Shown piece by piece: positions 36,181 to 45,887 of a stretch of DNA of 57,337 nucleotides. Source of the stretch: a virus. Taxonomy: Duplodnaviria > Caudoviricetes. The stretch covers positions 1-57,337 of IMG/VR virus record IMGVR_UViG_3300021371_000016, one strand, 5' to 3'. The notes below the pieces were generated by a model. It was given only the letters and a program-made list of their open reading frames with translations, had not been told where the DNA came from and ran no database searches. Position numbers and translations under genes: made by a program. Within the stretch, counting starts at the first letter, position 1; each line of letters begins with the position of its first letter.

Positions 36181-36376
36181 ATGAGTCTTGCGAATTAGTT
36201 ATTGAGTTATTTAACGGGGATCCCCCCAACTCAAAAATTAGGCGGGGAGCAGAATGCTAGGACCCTATGCACATGCAACACACACATTTTTTAAATTAGG
36301 GAGGGGGTATATTTTTGAAAGGAAACGTTGGGGGGCTGGACAGAAATACGTATATTACTATATAAAGAAGATACTC
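36181..36376. other. Divergent transcription switch region with hairpin and G-runs
   Basis: TTGAGTT...GGGG-AT-CCCC...AACTCAA (36202-36234) and four G4-G7 runs in an AT-rich genome. Confidence 0.55.
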
Positions 36377-36694
36377 ATGGAAGAAAGAGAAGAACCAGAA
36401 GATTACATTGAAGGTCTATCTGATGCGGAGAGAATGGCTTTAGAACGTAGACTGCTTAAGACTGCATATGATAATTCATTTGAGGTTTTGATGAAGAACA
36501 TAACATTTGAGGAACTATTGGAAGATGGGGGTGGTTCTGCATTTAGTACTCTACTTGCATATGACCCGCAAAGAGGAATTAGGAAAGATGAATTAAAATC
36601 AATTATTGATTATTACGTGAGCCTGGATGAGTCTGAGTATTATCTAAGGTGTGCAAGATTACAAAAGTTAATGGAAGAAAAATATCCAGAATAA
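36377..36694 (+). CDS. Hypothetical protein with C-terminal UVR-like motif
   Basis: Start refined to MEEREE; EYYLRCARLQKL. Confidence 0.65.
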   Translation: MEEREEPEDYIEGLSDAERMALERRLLKTAYDNSFEVLMKNITFEELLEDGGGSAFSTLLAYDPQRGIRKDELKSIIDYYVSLDESEYYLRCARLQKLMEEKYPE

Positions 36695-37554
36695 TGAGAT
36701 GGTTAATTGTATTATTTTTAATTTCGTTTTTAAGTTATGGACAAGTTGATGACTCCTTTGATAGTTTTGATGGTATTGGTGAGTGGACTAGTCCCGGAGG
36801 TAATACTGGTTCCCATGCTGGTGATCTTTGCTTTAATATTACAGGAAACTATTTGGCGGGTGAGTTCTATGTATTCCAAAGTCCAATGTATGATTTCAGC
36901 ACATGGTCTACAGTTGAGTTACTCTGGAGCCAAGAGAGTGATGTCCGTAATGGTGATGTTTTTGGATTGTATTTTTATGACAACGGTTGGTTTTTCTATG
37001 ACATATCTAATCTTAATGGGTTTTATGGAGTTACTTTACCCACTACAACGATTGCTCTTGCGTTTGTTTTAAATACAACCGGGGGATCTGGTAATATAAA
37101 CGGTAAGTACTCCCATGTAGAATTCCTAAGCATATATGATCCCACACCTTTACCAGTAGAACAGTTAGACTTTACAGCAAAGTTATTAGATGACGGTGTT
37201 CAGTTAGATTGGTCTACAGCATCTGAGTATAATAGTAACTACTTTAGTTTATTTAGATCTATTGATGGAGAAAGCTGGGATTTAATTGATGAGATACCTG
37301 CAGCAGGATTTTCTACAAGCTTGCAAGAGTATCAATACATAGATTATTCTGTAATATATAATCATGTGTATTATAGGTTGAAACAAACTGACATAGATGG
37401 GTACATGCAATCGTGGTATCCTATATCTATTTATCGCAAAAGAGGAATAGATTCAAAATCGTACAACATACTGGGACAGGAAGTAGATAAATACTACAAG
37501 GGTTTAATTATAAACAAATCCGAAAATGGTACTACAAAAATAATTAGACCTTAA
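36694..37554 (+). CDS. Secreted protein with Bacteroidota PLPVE domain and T9SS CTD-like tail
   Basis: Start refined (TAATG); signal peptide ending SYGQ; PLPVE.LDF..W.TASE.N..YF...RS.DG..W...YYRLKQTD.DG; YNILGQEV...KGLII.....G..KII. Confidence 0.8.
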   Translation: MRWLIVLFLISFLSYGQVDDSFDSFDGIGEWTSPGGNTGSHAGDLCFNITGNYLAGEFYVFQSPMYDFSTWSTVELLWSQESDVRNGDVFGLYFYDNGWFFYDISNLNGFYGVTLPTTTIALAFVLNTTGGSGNINGKYSHVEFLSIYDPTPLPVEQLDFTAKLLDDGVQLDWSTASEYNSNYFSLFRSIDGESWDLIDEIPAAGFSTSLQEYQYIDYSVIYNHVYYRLKQTDIDGYMQSWYPISIYRKRGIDSKSYNILGQEVDKYYKGLIINKSENGTTKIIRP

Positions 37555-37579
37555 ACTTCTATTAGTTAAACTTTTTTTA

Positions 37580-37587
37580 TATATTTG
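37580..37587 (+). promoter_or_regulatory. Bacteroidota -7 promoter element TATATTTG
   Basis: Perfect TAnnTTTG upstream of 37611. Confidence 0.5.
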
Positions 37588-37610
37588 GTTTAAATTTAAA
37601 AACCAATATT

Positions 37611-37901
37611 ATGGCGGAAGATGCGCAAAAAACACTAACTACAGAAGAAGCTGCTAAACGAAGAGCGGATATTACAAAGTTCTACAAAGCTCAAATACCT
37701 CATTTAAAGGTTCAAGCACAATATGAGGAACTAATGACTCAGATTGAAGAATCTAGAGCTAAAAGATTACAAGCTCAGGCATTTTTAGCAAATGCTTATG
37801 AGACCATGGAATCAGAAGAACCGGAGCCAGAAAAAGAGGAAACCATTGAAAAAGATTTTAATAAAAGTGCAGAATCTGCCAAAAAATTAAAAAGAATGTA
37901 A
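37611..37901 (+). CDS. Coiled-coil hypothetical protein
   Basis: 96 aa, AAAACC leader. Confidence 0.7.
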   Translation: MAEDAQKTLTTEEAAKRRADITKFYKAQIPHLKVQAQYEELMTQIEESRAKRLQAQAFLANAYETMESEEPEPEKEETIEKDFNKSAESAKKLKRM

Positions 37902-38824
37902 TGAATAAACTTTTAAAAAAAGGTGATTCTGGATTTGATGTTATAAAGTTGCAAAATAAATTAAACATTGTTCCTGATGGTAAGTTTGGACCCCAGACAG
38001 AAAAGGCTGTCATGAAACTTCAGCTTTCAAAAAATTTACACGTTGATGGAATTGTTGGATCTAAAACATGGGCTGCATTATTATTGACTAAATATGTTAA
38101 AGAAGATATTGATGAAGATACAGATGTAGAGGGTCAGTATTTTAAGACTAATTATAATCAAACTATACACAAATATTATTTAAGTTCTAAAGAGTATCTT
38201 AATAAATTTGGAAAGAATGAGTATATGTTTTTACATCATACAGCGGGAGGGTGTAATCCTTATGCATGTATAGATCATTGGGGTAGAGATAATCGGGGAC
38301 GCGTAGCTACTGAATTTGTTCTAGGGGGTCAAAACTATAGAACAGGTGATGATGAGTATGATGGGATTATGGTACAAGCTTTTCCAGAAGATGGATATGG
38401 TTGGCATTTAGGTAAAACCGGATCTGGATATATGAATAGGCACTCTATTGGGCTAGAGATATGTTCTATAGGTTATTTAGATGATGAGCATAAAAGTTAC
38501 GTTAATAAAAAAGCGCATCCTGATCAAGTTATTGAATTGGGAAAAGCTTTTAGACGTAGAAAATTTTGGCACAAGTACTCGTCTAGTCAAGTTGAAGAAA
38601 CTGAAATGCTTCTTAAATACATACAGGAAAGAGATGGGATAGACATGAGAATAGGACTACAACAACTTATAAAGAAGCATGGTCCAGTAAAAGCATTTGA
38701 ATTTCAAGAGGATGCTTATTATGGAAAAATAAAAGGTTTACTATCTCATACGAATGTTAGAAAAGGTAAGATGGATATTTATCCAGATCCTGATATGATT
38801 GATATGATATTAAGTTTAAAGTAA
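37901..38824 (+). CDS. N-acetylmuramoyl-L-alanine amidase with N-terminal peptidoglycan-binding domain (endolysin)
   Basis: LKKGD.G.DV..LQ..L...DGKFGP.TE.AV..Q..L.VDGIVG..TW; HHTAG, SIGLEIC, HTNVR.GK.D. Confidence 0.9.
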   Translation: MNKLLKKGDSGFDVIKLQNKLNIVPDGKFGPQTEKAVMKLQLSKNLHVDGIVGSKTWAALLLTKYVKEDIDEDTDVEGQYFKTNYNQTIHKYYLSSKEYLNKFGKNEYMFLHHTAGGCNPYACIDHWGRDNRGRVATEFVLGGQNYRTGDDEYDGIMVQAFPEDGYGWHLGKTGSGYMNRHSIGLEICSIGYLDDEHKSYVNKKAHPDQVIELGKAFRRRKFWHKYSSSQVEETEMLLKYIQERDGIDMRIGLQQLIKKHGPVKAFEFQEDAYYGKIKGLLSHTNVRKGKMDIYPDPDMIDMILSLK

Positions 38825-39180
38825 TGATTGTAAATAAAGTTGAAAAAAAAGTAAGGACTACTACTAAAGAAGTTATAAGATATCAAATATTAACGCACTG
38901 TTTTTTTAGTAATATACAAATAAGCAATGCAGATTTAAATTGTTTATCAGAACTTGCTTTATTAGGTGAACATGAGCTTACGGATTTTTGTAAAATTGCT
39001 GTAACAAATAATATATTTAAAAGTCCACAATCAGCTAGAAATGCTATAACAAAAGCTGAAAAGAAAGGTCTTGTAAATAAAAATGGTACAAATAAAAAAA
39101 CTGTAAGTATATCTAAAGATATCAAACTTCAAACTGAAGGGGCGGTATATTTAGACTATAAGGTATTAGGTGTAGAATGA
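38824..39180 (+). CDS. Winged-helix-like DNA-binding protein
   Basis: FKSPQSARNAITKAEKKGLV helix-wing pattern. Confidence 0.6.
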   Translation: MIVNKVEKKVRTTTKEVIRYQILTHCFFSNIQISNADLNCLSELALLGEHELTDFCKIAVTNNIFKSPQSARNAITKAEKKGLVNKNGTNKKTVSISKDIKLQTEGAVYLDYKVLGVE

Positions 39181-39536
39181 ATCCAAAACAACATAAAAAT
39201 TTTAGAAAGGGGATTGCAGAAAAAGTTGAAGTTCATGAATCTGTTGTTGATGATTTTATAGACTTCTATTATGATAAAGTTAGACAGGCGCTATCATCAC
39301 TAGAAAGTAATAGAATATTTATTGATGGTCTTGGGACATTTGCACTACGTAAAGTCAGAGTGGAGAAAGCAATAAAAAAGAATAAAAGTTATCTAGGTAA
39401 TCTAGAAAAGACTACATATAAAGGGTATGATAAAACAATAATTACGCAAAATAAAATCAAAGAACTAGAAAGCGCATTATCTAAAATAGAGAAATCAATC
39501 ATAGATAGAAAAAATTTTAAAAATGAAAAAAAGTAA
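39177..39536 (+). CDS. HU/IHF-like DNA-binding protein
   Basis: IAEK.....V..FI....V...L.....I.IDGLGTF. Confidence 0.65.
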   Translation: MNPKQHKNFRKGIAEKVEVHESVVDDFIDFYYDKVRQALSSLESNRIFIDGLGTFALRKVRVEKAIKKNKSYLGNLEKTTYKGYDKTIITQNKIKELESALSKIEKSIIDRKNFKNEKK

Positions 39537-39837
39537 AAGCATATTTAGGACGGGTCTAGAAATACTTGAAGGCATAAAGAACAATATATTTAAAAAAGAA
39601 CATATAGAAGAAGAAGCCGCATTAAGATGGAAGGAATGTTCTAAATGTGAATACTTAGATGTAGAAGGAAATGACTGTGCTATTCCAGGTACTCAACCTT
39701 GTTGTGGTAATTGCGGGTGTTCTTTAGGATTAAAATTAAGATCATTATCTACTGAATGTCCTATTGGAAAATGGGATGCGGTTATGAGTGAAAAAGAAGA
39801 AGATGCTTTAAATAATAAACTAGAAAAAGAAAATTAA
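39523..39837 (+). CDS. Cysteine-rich metal-binding protein
   Basis: R..ECSKC...C...CCGNCGCSL..K......CPIGKW. Confidence 0.7.
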   Translation: MKKSKSIFRTGLEILEGIKNNIFKKEHIEEEAALRWKECSKCEYLDVEGNDCAIPGTQPCCGNCGCSLGLKLRSLSTECPIGKWDAVMSEKEEDALNNKLEKEN

Positions 39838-40650
39838 ATGGCAATAATATTTAAAGAAGAAGGTCATATATATGAAAGTAACGATAATGATCAAATAGAT
39901 TGGATTAGCGTTACATCATTAGTTAATATGTTTAAAGAACCTTTTGATGGTGAAACACAAGCAAAAAAATCATCTAGAAATAAAAGATCTAAATGGTACG
40001 GTATGACACCAAAAGAAATTTTAGATGCTTGGGAAGGGGAAAAGAATAGAGCAATTAAACTTGGTAATTGGTATCATAATCAGAGAGAAGCTGATATGCT
40101 AGATTTTAAGACTATTCAAAGAGACGGTGTAGAAGTACCAATAGTAAAGCCAATTGTAGATGCTGAAGGTATTAAGACAGCACCTAATCAGAAACTTCCA
40201 GATGGTGTATATCCAGAACATTTAGTTTATTTAAAGTCTGCAAAACTATGCGGACAAGCAGACTTAGTTGAAATTGTAAACGGCACAATTAATATTACAG
40301 ATTATAAGACAAATAAAGAAATAAAAGAAAAAGGATTTACAAACTGGGAGGGTATAACTAAAAAGTTATATAACCCAGTATCTCACTTAGATGACTGTAA
40401 TTTGAGCCATTATAACTTACAACTCAGCATTTATGCGTATATTATTAAAAAGCATAACCCCAAACTTAAAATAGGTAAACTTATAATTCAACATGTAAAA
40501 TTTAAACAAGTAGGAGAAGATAAAAACGGATACCCTATTAATGAGCATGTAAATGGAGAACCTGTATTAGAGGAAATAAAAATGTATGAATTACCATATC
40601 TTAAATCTGAGGTTATTGCATTAATAAACTTTATAAAAAATAAACAATAA
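39838..40650 (+). CDS. PD-(D/E)XK nuclease (Cas4/lambda-exo-like)
   Basis: H.Y..ISVT, PEHLVY, GQADL, TDYKTN, YNLQLSIY. Confidence 0.85.
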   Translation: MAIIFKEEGHIYESNDNDQIDWISVTSLVNMFKEPFDGETQAKKSSRNKRSKWYGMTPKEILDAWEGEKNRAIKLGNWYHNQREADMLDFKTIQRDGVEVPIVKPIVDAEGIKTAPNQKLPDGVYPEHLVYLKSAKLCGQADLVEIVNGTINITDYKTNKEIKEKGFTNWEGITKKLYNPVSHLDDCNLSHYNLQLSIYAYIIKKHNPKLKIGKLIIQHVKFKQVGEDKNGYPINEHVNGEPVLEEIKMYELPYLKSEVIALINFIKNKQ

Positions 40651-42428
40651 TGATAGTAGAGTTAGATGGATTTCAATTAATTGCTTTAGTACCACAGCCT
40701 CAAAAAAGCACAGCATCTACAATGCCTCTTGTACCAACAAGCGCAATAACACAACTTAAAAGAAAAAAGTTATATATAGATTTAGATTTAGTATCATCCT
40801 ATTCAGAATTTTTTTTACACAATGTTAGTACAACAGATATAGTATTATCAAATGTTATAACTCAAGTATGGCTTGGAAGTCAAGAAGAATTTGTTTTAGT
40901 AGATTTAACACCAGCTGATTTTGGAGCACTATTACCTATAGGTCCGGGAGTTGATCCCTCAAAAGTAAAAGTATCTTCTGCAGATACTACAGCAGATTTT
41001 TTAGAGAACAAACTTGTTGCTGGTACGGGTATTTCAATTGCAAAATTAAATCCTGGAGCAGATGAGGATTTAGAAATAAGAAGTTCATTTGAAAATATTT
41101 ATCTTAATGATGGTACTGTAGCAGATGGTAGAGTTGCAACATTAGGTGGTGCACTTACTTGGGATGGAGGTAAAGAAATTAGGACTGTAAATAGTAGAAT
41201 AATTAAAGAGGTTACAGAATCTTCTGATTTACCCTCAACGCTAGTAGCAAATACTACATATATAATCAGAGGTGAGATAAACATATCTTCTGCTATAACT
41301 TGCAATGTAGAAGGTGTTGAGATTATAGGTCTAGATAGAAACTTAGATCATTTAATATGGGAAGCTCCGGGACCTATGATTACTATAACTGATGTTAACT
41401 TTGGTATGTCTGGTATAAGAGTTTCCGGTACTAGAGGAACAGGATCAATTATATCAGCAACTAATATTAATGCTGGAGCATACAATGCGGGTAGATTAAA
41501 GGTTCTTACATTTTTAAACTGTCAATTTAGAGGTACATATGATGTTATGGATATCAAAGGCTTTGATCTTGTAGATATAAATAACTGTTTGTTCTTTTAT
41601 ATCAAAGCTTTAAACTTTGGTTTAAGGTTTGAAGATACATCTAAAATAGAAATAACATCTTGTGAGTTAATCAGATGGTTTGATGAATCTACTATACCAA
41701 CACCATCAGGATGGGCTACTTGTTCTATGATAGAGTTATTACCCAATAACATAGCATCATTTGGAGCAGTAAATATTAATGGTTGTGTAGTACATCCTCA
41801 ACAAACTCAAAATGGTATTGAAATAGCGGCAGGATCTACTACAGGATTTGGAACAATTTCTTCTAACGCTTTTGTAAATGTAGGATTGACCACAGGAAAA
41901 GTATTCTTACCAGAAGTACCTGTAGTTCTTTTACCTGATTATTCTCAACCACAAACTACTGGATATGATATATTTGCTAATCAGGGACTATTAAATTCTA
42001 CTTCAGGTACAGTAACTACTGTAAATAATAATACTACAAATACTGCTTTAAGTGCAGGTACACCTACAATAGTTTTGATAACAAGCACAAGTGCTGTTCA
42101 ACAAGCAGGAGTTAGATTTACTGTAGATAGTGCTACAGGAAGATCAACATACACTGGAACTAAACAAGTTTATGTATCAATACACATTTCAGCATCATTC
42201 TTAAAGCAAGATAAAGGAACAGATGATTATACTTTTTATGTTGCTCAAAATGGATCAGTTATTACAGCAAGTGGTTTAGAGCTACCTGATGTAGATGATA
42301 TTGGTGGTGCTGTTACTTTAGTATATGGTACATTAGTAAATCAAAATGATTATTTTGAACTGTGGGTGGAGTCTGCTGGTGGAGATGATATATTAGTTAC
42401 TAATTATACAATACTTATAAGAGAATAA
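40650..42428 (+). CDS. Tail fibre / spike-like protein with beta-helix region
   Basis: KVKVSSADTTADFLENKL fibre motif, beta-solenoid-like middle, C1q-like C-terminus (NDYFELWVE). Confidence 0.65.
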   Translation: MIVELDGFQLIALVPQPQKSTASTMPLVPTSAITQLKRKKLYIDLDLVSSYSEFFLHNVSTTDIVLSNVITQVWLGSQEEFVLVDLTPADFGALLPIGPGVDPSKVKVSSADTTADFLENKLVAGTGISIAKLNPGADEDLEIRSSFENIYLNDGTVADGRVATLGGALTWDGGKEIRTVNSRIIKEVTESSDLPSTLVANTTYIIRGEINISSAITCNVEGVEIIGLDRNLDHLIWEAPGPMITITDVNFGMSGIRVSGTRGTGSIISATNINAGAYNAGRLKVLTFLNCQFRGTYDVMDIKGFDLVDINNCLFFYIKALNFGLRFEDTSKIEITSCELIRWFDESTIPTPSGWATCSMIELLPNNIASFGAVNINGCVVHPQQTQNGIEIAAGSTTGFGTISSNAFVNVGLTTGKVFLPEVPVVLLPDYSQPQTTGYDIFANQGLLNSTSGTVTTVNNNTTNTALSAGTPTIVLITSTSAVQQAGVRFTVDSATGRSTYTGTKQVYVSIHISASFLKQDKGTDDYTFYVAQNGSVITASGLELPDVDDIGGAVTLVYGTLVNQNDYFELWVESAGGDDILVTNYTILIRE

Positions 42429-42429
42429 A

Positions 42430-42921
42430 ATGAGCGAAGATTTTCCAGGCAGTGTTTATGGTGAAATAACTAATAAGGGTACAGATAAACTTATTGATAT
42501 ATTTAAATCTAATTTAACAGAATCAGATATATTTTATGACTTAGGATCTGGAAAAGGAAAATTAGCTATTGACATAGCTAGTAAAACCAGTGTAAAAAAG
42601 GTTTTTGGTATTGAATTGCATAAAGAAAGATTTAATGAATCTATAAATAGTTTAAAAGATTTAAATATAGATAATGTATCTTTTATAAATAAAGACTTTC
42701 TTGATGTTGATTTATCTAAAGCTACTATAGTTTATTATGCTAATGAAGGTATACCAAAACCTACAAATGATAAAGTTTGGGATAAACTTCCAAAAGGTTG
42801 TTTATTAATATGTGGTAGAAGAGTCAAAGCACTAGAAAACCAAAAAAAATATAACTTAACAGAACCAATAGAAAAAACTTATACTTCTAAAAGAGGTAAT
42901 TGGTATATAATAAAAGAATAA
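42430..42921 (+). CDS. DOT1-like class I SAM-dependent methyltransferase
   Basis: VYGEI, FYDLGSGKGK, GIEL...R, DFL..DLS.ATIVY. Confidence 0.8.
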   Translation: MSEDFPGSVYGEITNKGTDKLIDIFKSNLTESDIFYDLGSGKGKLAIDIASKTSVKKVFGIELHKERFNESINSLKDLNIDNVSFINKDFLDVDLSKATIVYYANEGIPKPTNDKVWDKLPKGCLLICGRRVKALENQKKYNLTEPIEKTYTSKRGNWYIIKE

Positions 42922-42922
42922 T

Positions 42923-43441
42923 ATGTTAATAAAACTTTTTGAAATAGATAATGGAGCACTTGTTTTAACAGATCACTGTTACACATTGAACTTTTTAAAG
43001 GATATAATGGATGAGTATCCAGATAGTCATTTAAGTATATTCAAATACTTGTTCTATATGAGCTGCCCTAATCCGGATATGAATCCTTTCTTTCATTTGC
43101 CAGAGCATGAAAAAGAGGATATTATTATAGAAGAAGTAAAGCTTGAAGAATCCCCGGAAGATAGTAAGATAAGATTAGCTTTAGACATGTGCTATAAGTT
43201 ATATGAAACACCTACAATGCGTGCATATATGGGTATTAAGAAAGCTTTAGACAACATGGCAACATATATGGCCAATACGCAAATAACAGATGGTAGAGAC
43301 GGCAATATTAGCCAAATAAGAGCTGTTGCTAAAGACTTTGATAGCATTAGGCAATCATTTAAAGGAGCATATAAAGATTTAAAAGATGAACAACAATCAT
43401 CAGTAAGGGGAGGTCAAGGGTTGGCCTACGATCAAATCTAA
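42923..43441 (+). CDS. Packaging-module protein (possible small terminase)
   Basis: Helical, ends S.VRGGQ.LAYDQ; lies two genes upstream of terL. Confidence 0.5.
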   Translation: MLIKLFEIDNGALVLTDHCYTLNFLKDIMDEYPDSHLSIFKYLFYMSCPNPDMNPFFHLPEHEKEDIIIEEVKLEESPEDSKIRLALDMCYKLYETPTMRAYMGIKKALDNMATYMANTQITDGRDGNISQIRAVAKDFDSIRQSFKGAYKDLKDEQQSSVRGGQGLAYDQI

Positions 43442-43451
43442 AATAAAACCA

Positions 43452-43715
43452 ATGAAAGTAACACCAATAGGTAGAAGAGTATTAATTAAAGATAGACAAC
43501 CGCAGCAGTTTTTTCCAGGAACTGACATTATAAATCCAAATACAGCTAAGGATTATATGGCGGATGTAATTGCTGTAGGTCAAGATGTAACATCGGTAAA
43601 AGCTGGAGATATTATTAAGTATGCTGAATATGCAGAAGGAGTAAGCATGAAGCATGAAGGTAAAAACCACCAGCTTATTAATGTTGATACTATACTGGCA
43701 ATAGTAGAAATGTGA
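43452..43715 (+). CDS. groES: Co-chaperonin GroES (Cpn10)
   Basis: P.G.RVLIK, VIAVG..V..VKAGD.I.Y.EY.G......G....LI...ILAIV. Confidence 0.88.
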   Translation: MKVTPIGRRVLIKDRQPQQFFPGTDIINPNTAKDYMADVIAVGQDVTSVKAGDIIKYAEYAEGVSMKHEGKNHQLINVDTILAIVEM

Positions 43716-45886
43716 GAGTAGTTCCAACATATTTAAATGGAGATTGGACAACAACCACTTTTGAGACTGATCAAGAGTGGTTAGGTTTTTTATTGCCTTT
43801 ATTTAAGGAACCTGGTAAATATGAATTTGATGAAACATCTAAAATATTTAATCAGGAAGCTAGAAAATTTAATAAGGAGGGTATATACCTAAATGCTCCC
43901 AATGGAGGCAAAGATTTTAGAAAATATTGGGATTCTGAAAAAGCAAAGTGCAGACTTGGTGTAATATATCAGAATAATGATAAGACTTGGTATTTAACTA
44001 GAGATTATTATATGTGGTTAAACTTTTTACCTATATATGATAAAGAAGAAAAGGCATATGGATTTGCCAAAGTGAGGGATGCTCAATATCATATGGCTTT
44101 ATATGAGCTAATAGCAGAATTAAGTAATAAACATGCTGCCATATTTAAGAAACGTCAGATAGCATCTTCTTATTTTCATATGGGTAAGCTTATAAATACA
44201 TATTGGTTTGAAGAAGGATCTGTTTGTAAGATTGGCGCAAGTTTAAAAGATTATATAAATGATAAAGGATCCTGGAAGTTTTTAGAAGAATATAAAGACT
44301 TTCTTAATGAGCATACGGCTTGGTATAGACCAAGTAACCCGGAAAAAGTTTTACTTTGGCAACAGCAAATAGAAGTTAGAGTCGGAAATAGAAAAACAAG
44401 TAAAGGGTTAAAATCTAAGATACAAGGTGCATCATTTGAAAAGAATGCAACAACTGGAGTAGGGGGACCTACAACTTACTTCTTTCATGAGGAGGCTGGT
44501 ATTGCTCCAAAAATGGGAGATACATATGAGTACCTGCGTCCTGCAATGTCTTCTGGTATGATAACTACAGGTCAGTTTATTGCTGCTGGATCTGTAGGTG
44601 ATTTAGATCAATGTAACCCACTTAAGGATATGATCCTTAATCCTACAAATAATGATATATATGCGGTTGAAACAAACCTTTTAGACAAGGATGGTGCTAT
44701 AGGTTTATCCGGACTATTTATTCCCGAACAATGGTCAATGCCACCATACATAGATCAGTTTGGTAATTCTAAAGTAAAGGAAGCTTTAGAAGCTATAATG
44801 ATAGAAAGAGAAGATTGGAAAAATAAACTAAATCCTGAACAATACCAATTAAGAATATCTCAGAAACCAACTAATATTGCAGAAGGATTTGCTTATAGAA
44901 AAGAATCAATATTTCCTCAAGGTATTATATCTAAGCAACTTAAAAAAATTGAAGATAAAGATTATTTTTATGAGCATATAGAACTTAGTAGAGATCAAAG
45001 TGGAATTGTTGCAAAAAGATCTACAAAAATACCTATATCAACATTTCCGGTAGATAAAAAGATGTCAGACAAAAGGGGTGTTCCGGTAGTATACGAAAGA
45101 CCAATAAAAAATCCTCCTTTTGGTGCATATTATGCTTCTATTGACCCTGTATCAGAAGGTAAAACTACAACATCTGATTCCTTGTGTTCTATATTTGTAA
45201 TGAAAAATGCAATTGAAGTTACAAGAGAAACTCCAGATGGACCTGAAACATTTACAGAAAGAGATAAGATTGTATGTGCTTGGTCTGGAAGATATGATGA
45301 TATAAACAAAACGCATGAGCAACTTCTTTTAATAATCGAATGGTATAATGCATGGACGGTGGTTGAAAATAATATTAGTCACTTTATAAATTATATGGTT
45401 TCTAAAAAGAAACAGAAATACCTAGTTCCCAAAAGTCAAATGGTTTTTTTAAAAGACTTAGGATCTAATAAGAATGTGTATCAGGAATATGGTTGGAAAA
45501 ATACAGGTACATTATTTAAATCACATCTTATATCTTATGCTATTGAATATTTAAGAGAGGAAATAAATAATGAAACTGATGATGATGGTAATATAATAAG
45601 TTCAACTTTAGGGATTGAAAGAATACCTGATCCCATGCTTTTAACGGAGATGAAGCAATATCAGCCTGGATTAAATGTTGATAGGCTTGTAGCTTTTTCC
45701 GCTTTAGTTGCATTTGCTAAAGTGCAAGAGGCAAACAGAGGATACTTAAAGGTAAAAGAAGAATCTTCTTCTTTGGATAAGTCAAAAAAAATGTATAAAT
45801 TAAAGTACAGTCCCTTTAGAAATATGGGGAGTAAAAAATCTATGTCTGGTAGAAAACGAAGATCTGGATTTAAAAATTTAAAATAA
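43712..45886 (+). CDS. terL: Terminase large subunit
   Basis: GTG start; KKRQIASSY Walker A variant, FFHEEAG Walker B, nuclease IDPV, VVENN, NVDRLVA. Confidence 0.92.
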   Translation: MRVVPTYLNGDWTTTTFETDQEWLGFLLPLFKEPGKYEFDETSKIFNQEARKFNKEGIYLNAPNGGKDFRKYWDSEKAKCRLGVIYQNNDKTWYLTRDYYMWLNFLPIYDKEEKAYGFAKVRDAQYHMALYELIAELSNKHAAIFKKRQIASSYFHMGKLINTYWFEEGSVCKIGASLKDYINDKGSWKFLEEYKDFLNEHTAWYRPSNPEKVLLWQQQIEVRVGNRKTSKGLKSKIQGASFEKNATTGVGGPTTYFFHEEAGIAPKMGDTYEYLRPAMSSGMITTGQFIAAGSVGDLDQCNPLKDMILNPTNNDIYAVETNLLDKDGAIGLSGLFIPEQWSMPPYIDQFGNSKVKEALEAIMIEREDWKNKLNPEQYQLRISQKPTNIAEGFAYRKESIFPQGIISKQLKKIEDKDYFYEHIELSRDQSGIVAKRSTKIPISTFPVDKKMSDKRGVPVVYERPIKNPPFGAYYASIDPVSEGKTTTSDSLCSIFVMKNAIEVTRETPDGPETFTERDKIVCAWSGRYDDINKTHEQLLLIIEWYNAWTVVENNISHFINYMVSKKKQKYLVPKSQMVFLKDLGSNKNVYQEYGWKNTGTLFKSHLISYAIEYLREEINNETDDDGNIISSTLGIERIPDPMLLTEMKQYQPGLNVDRLVAFSALVAFAKVQEANRGYLKVKEESSSLDKSKKMYKLKYSPFRNMGSKKSMSGRKRRSGFKNLK

Positions 45887-45887
45887 C

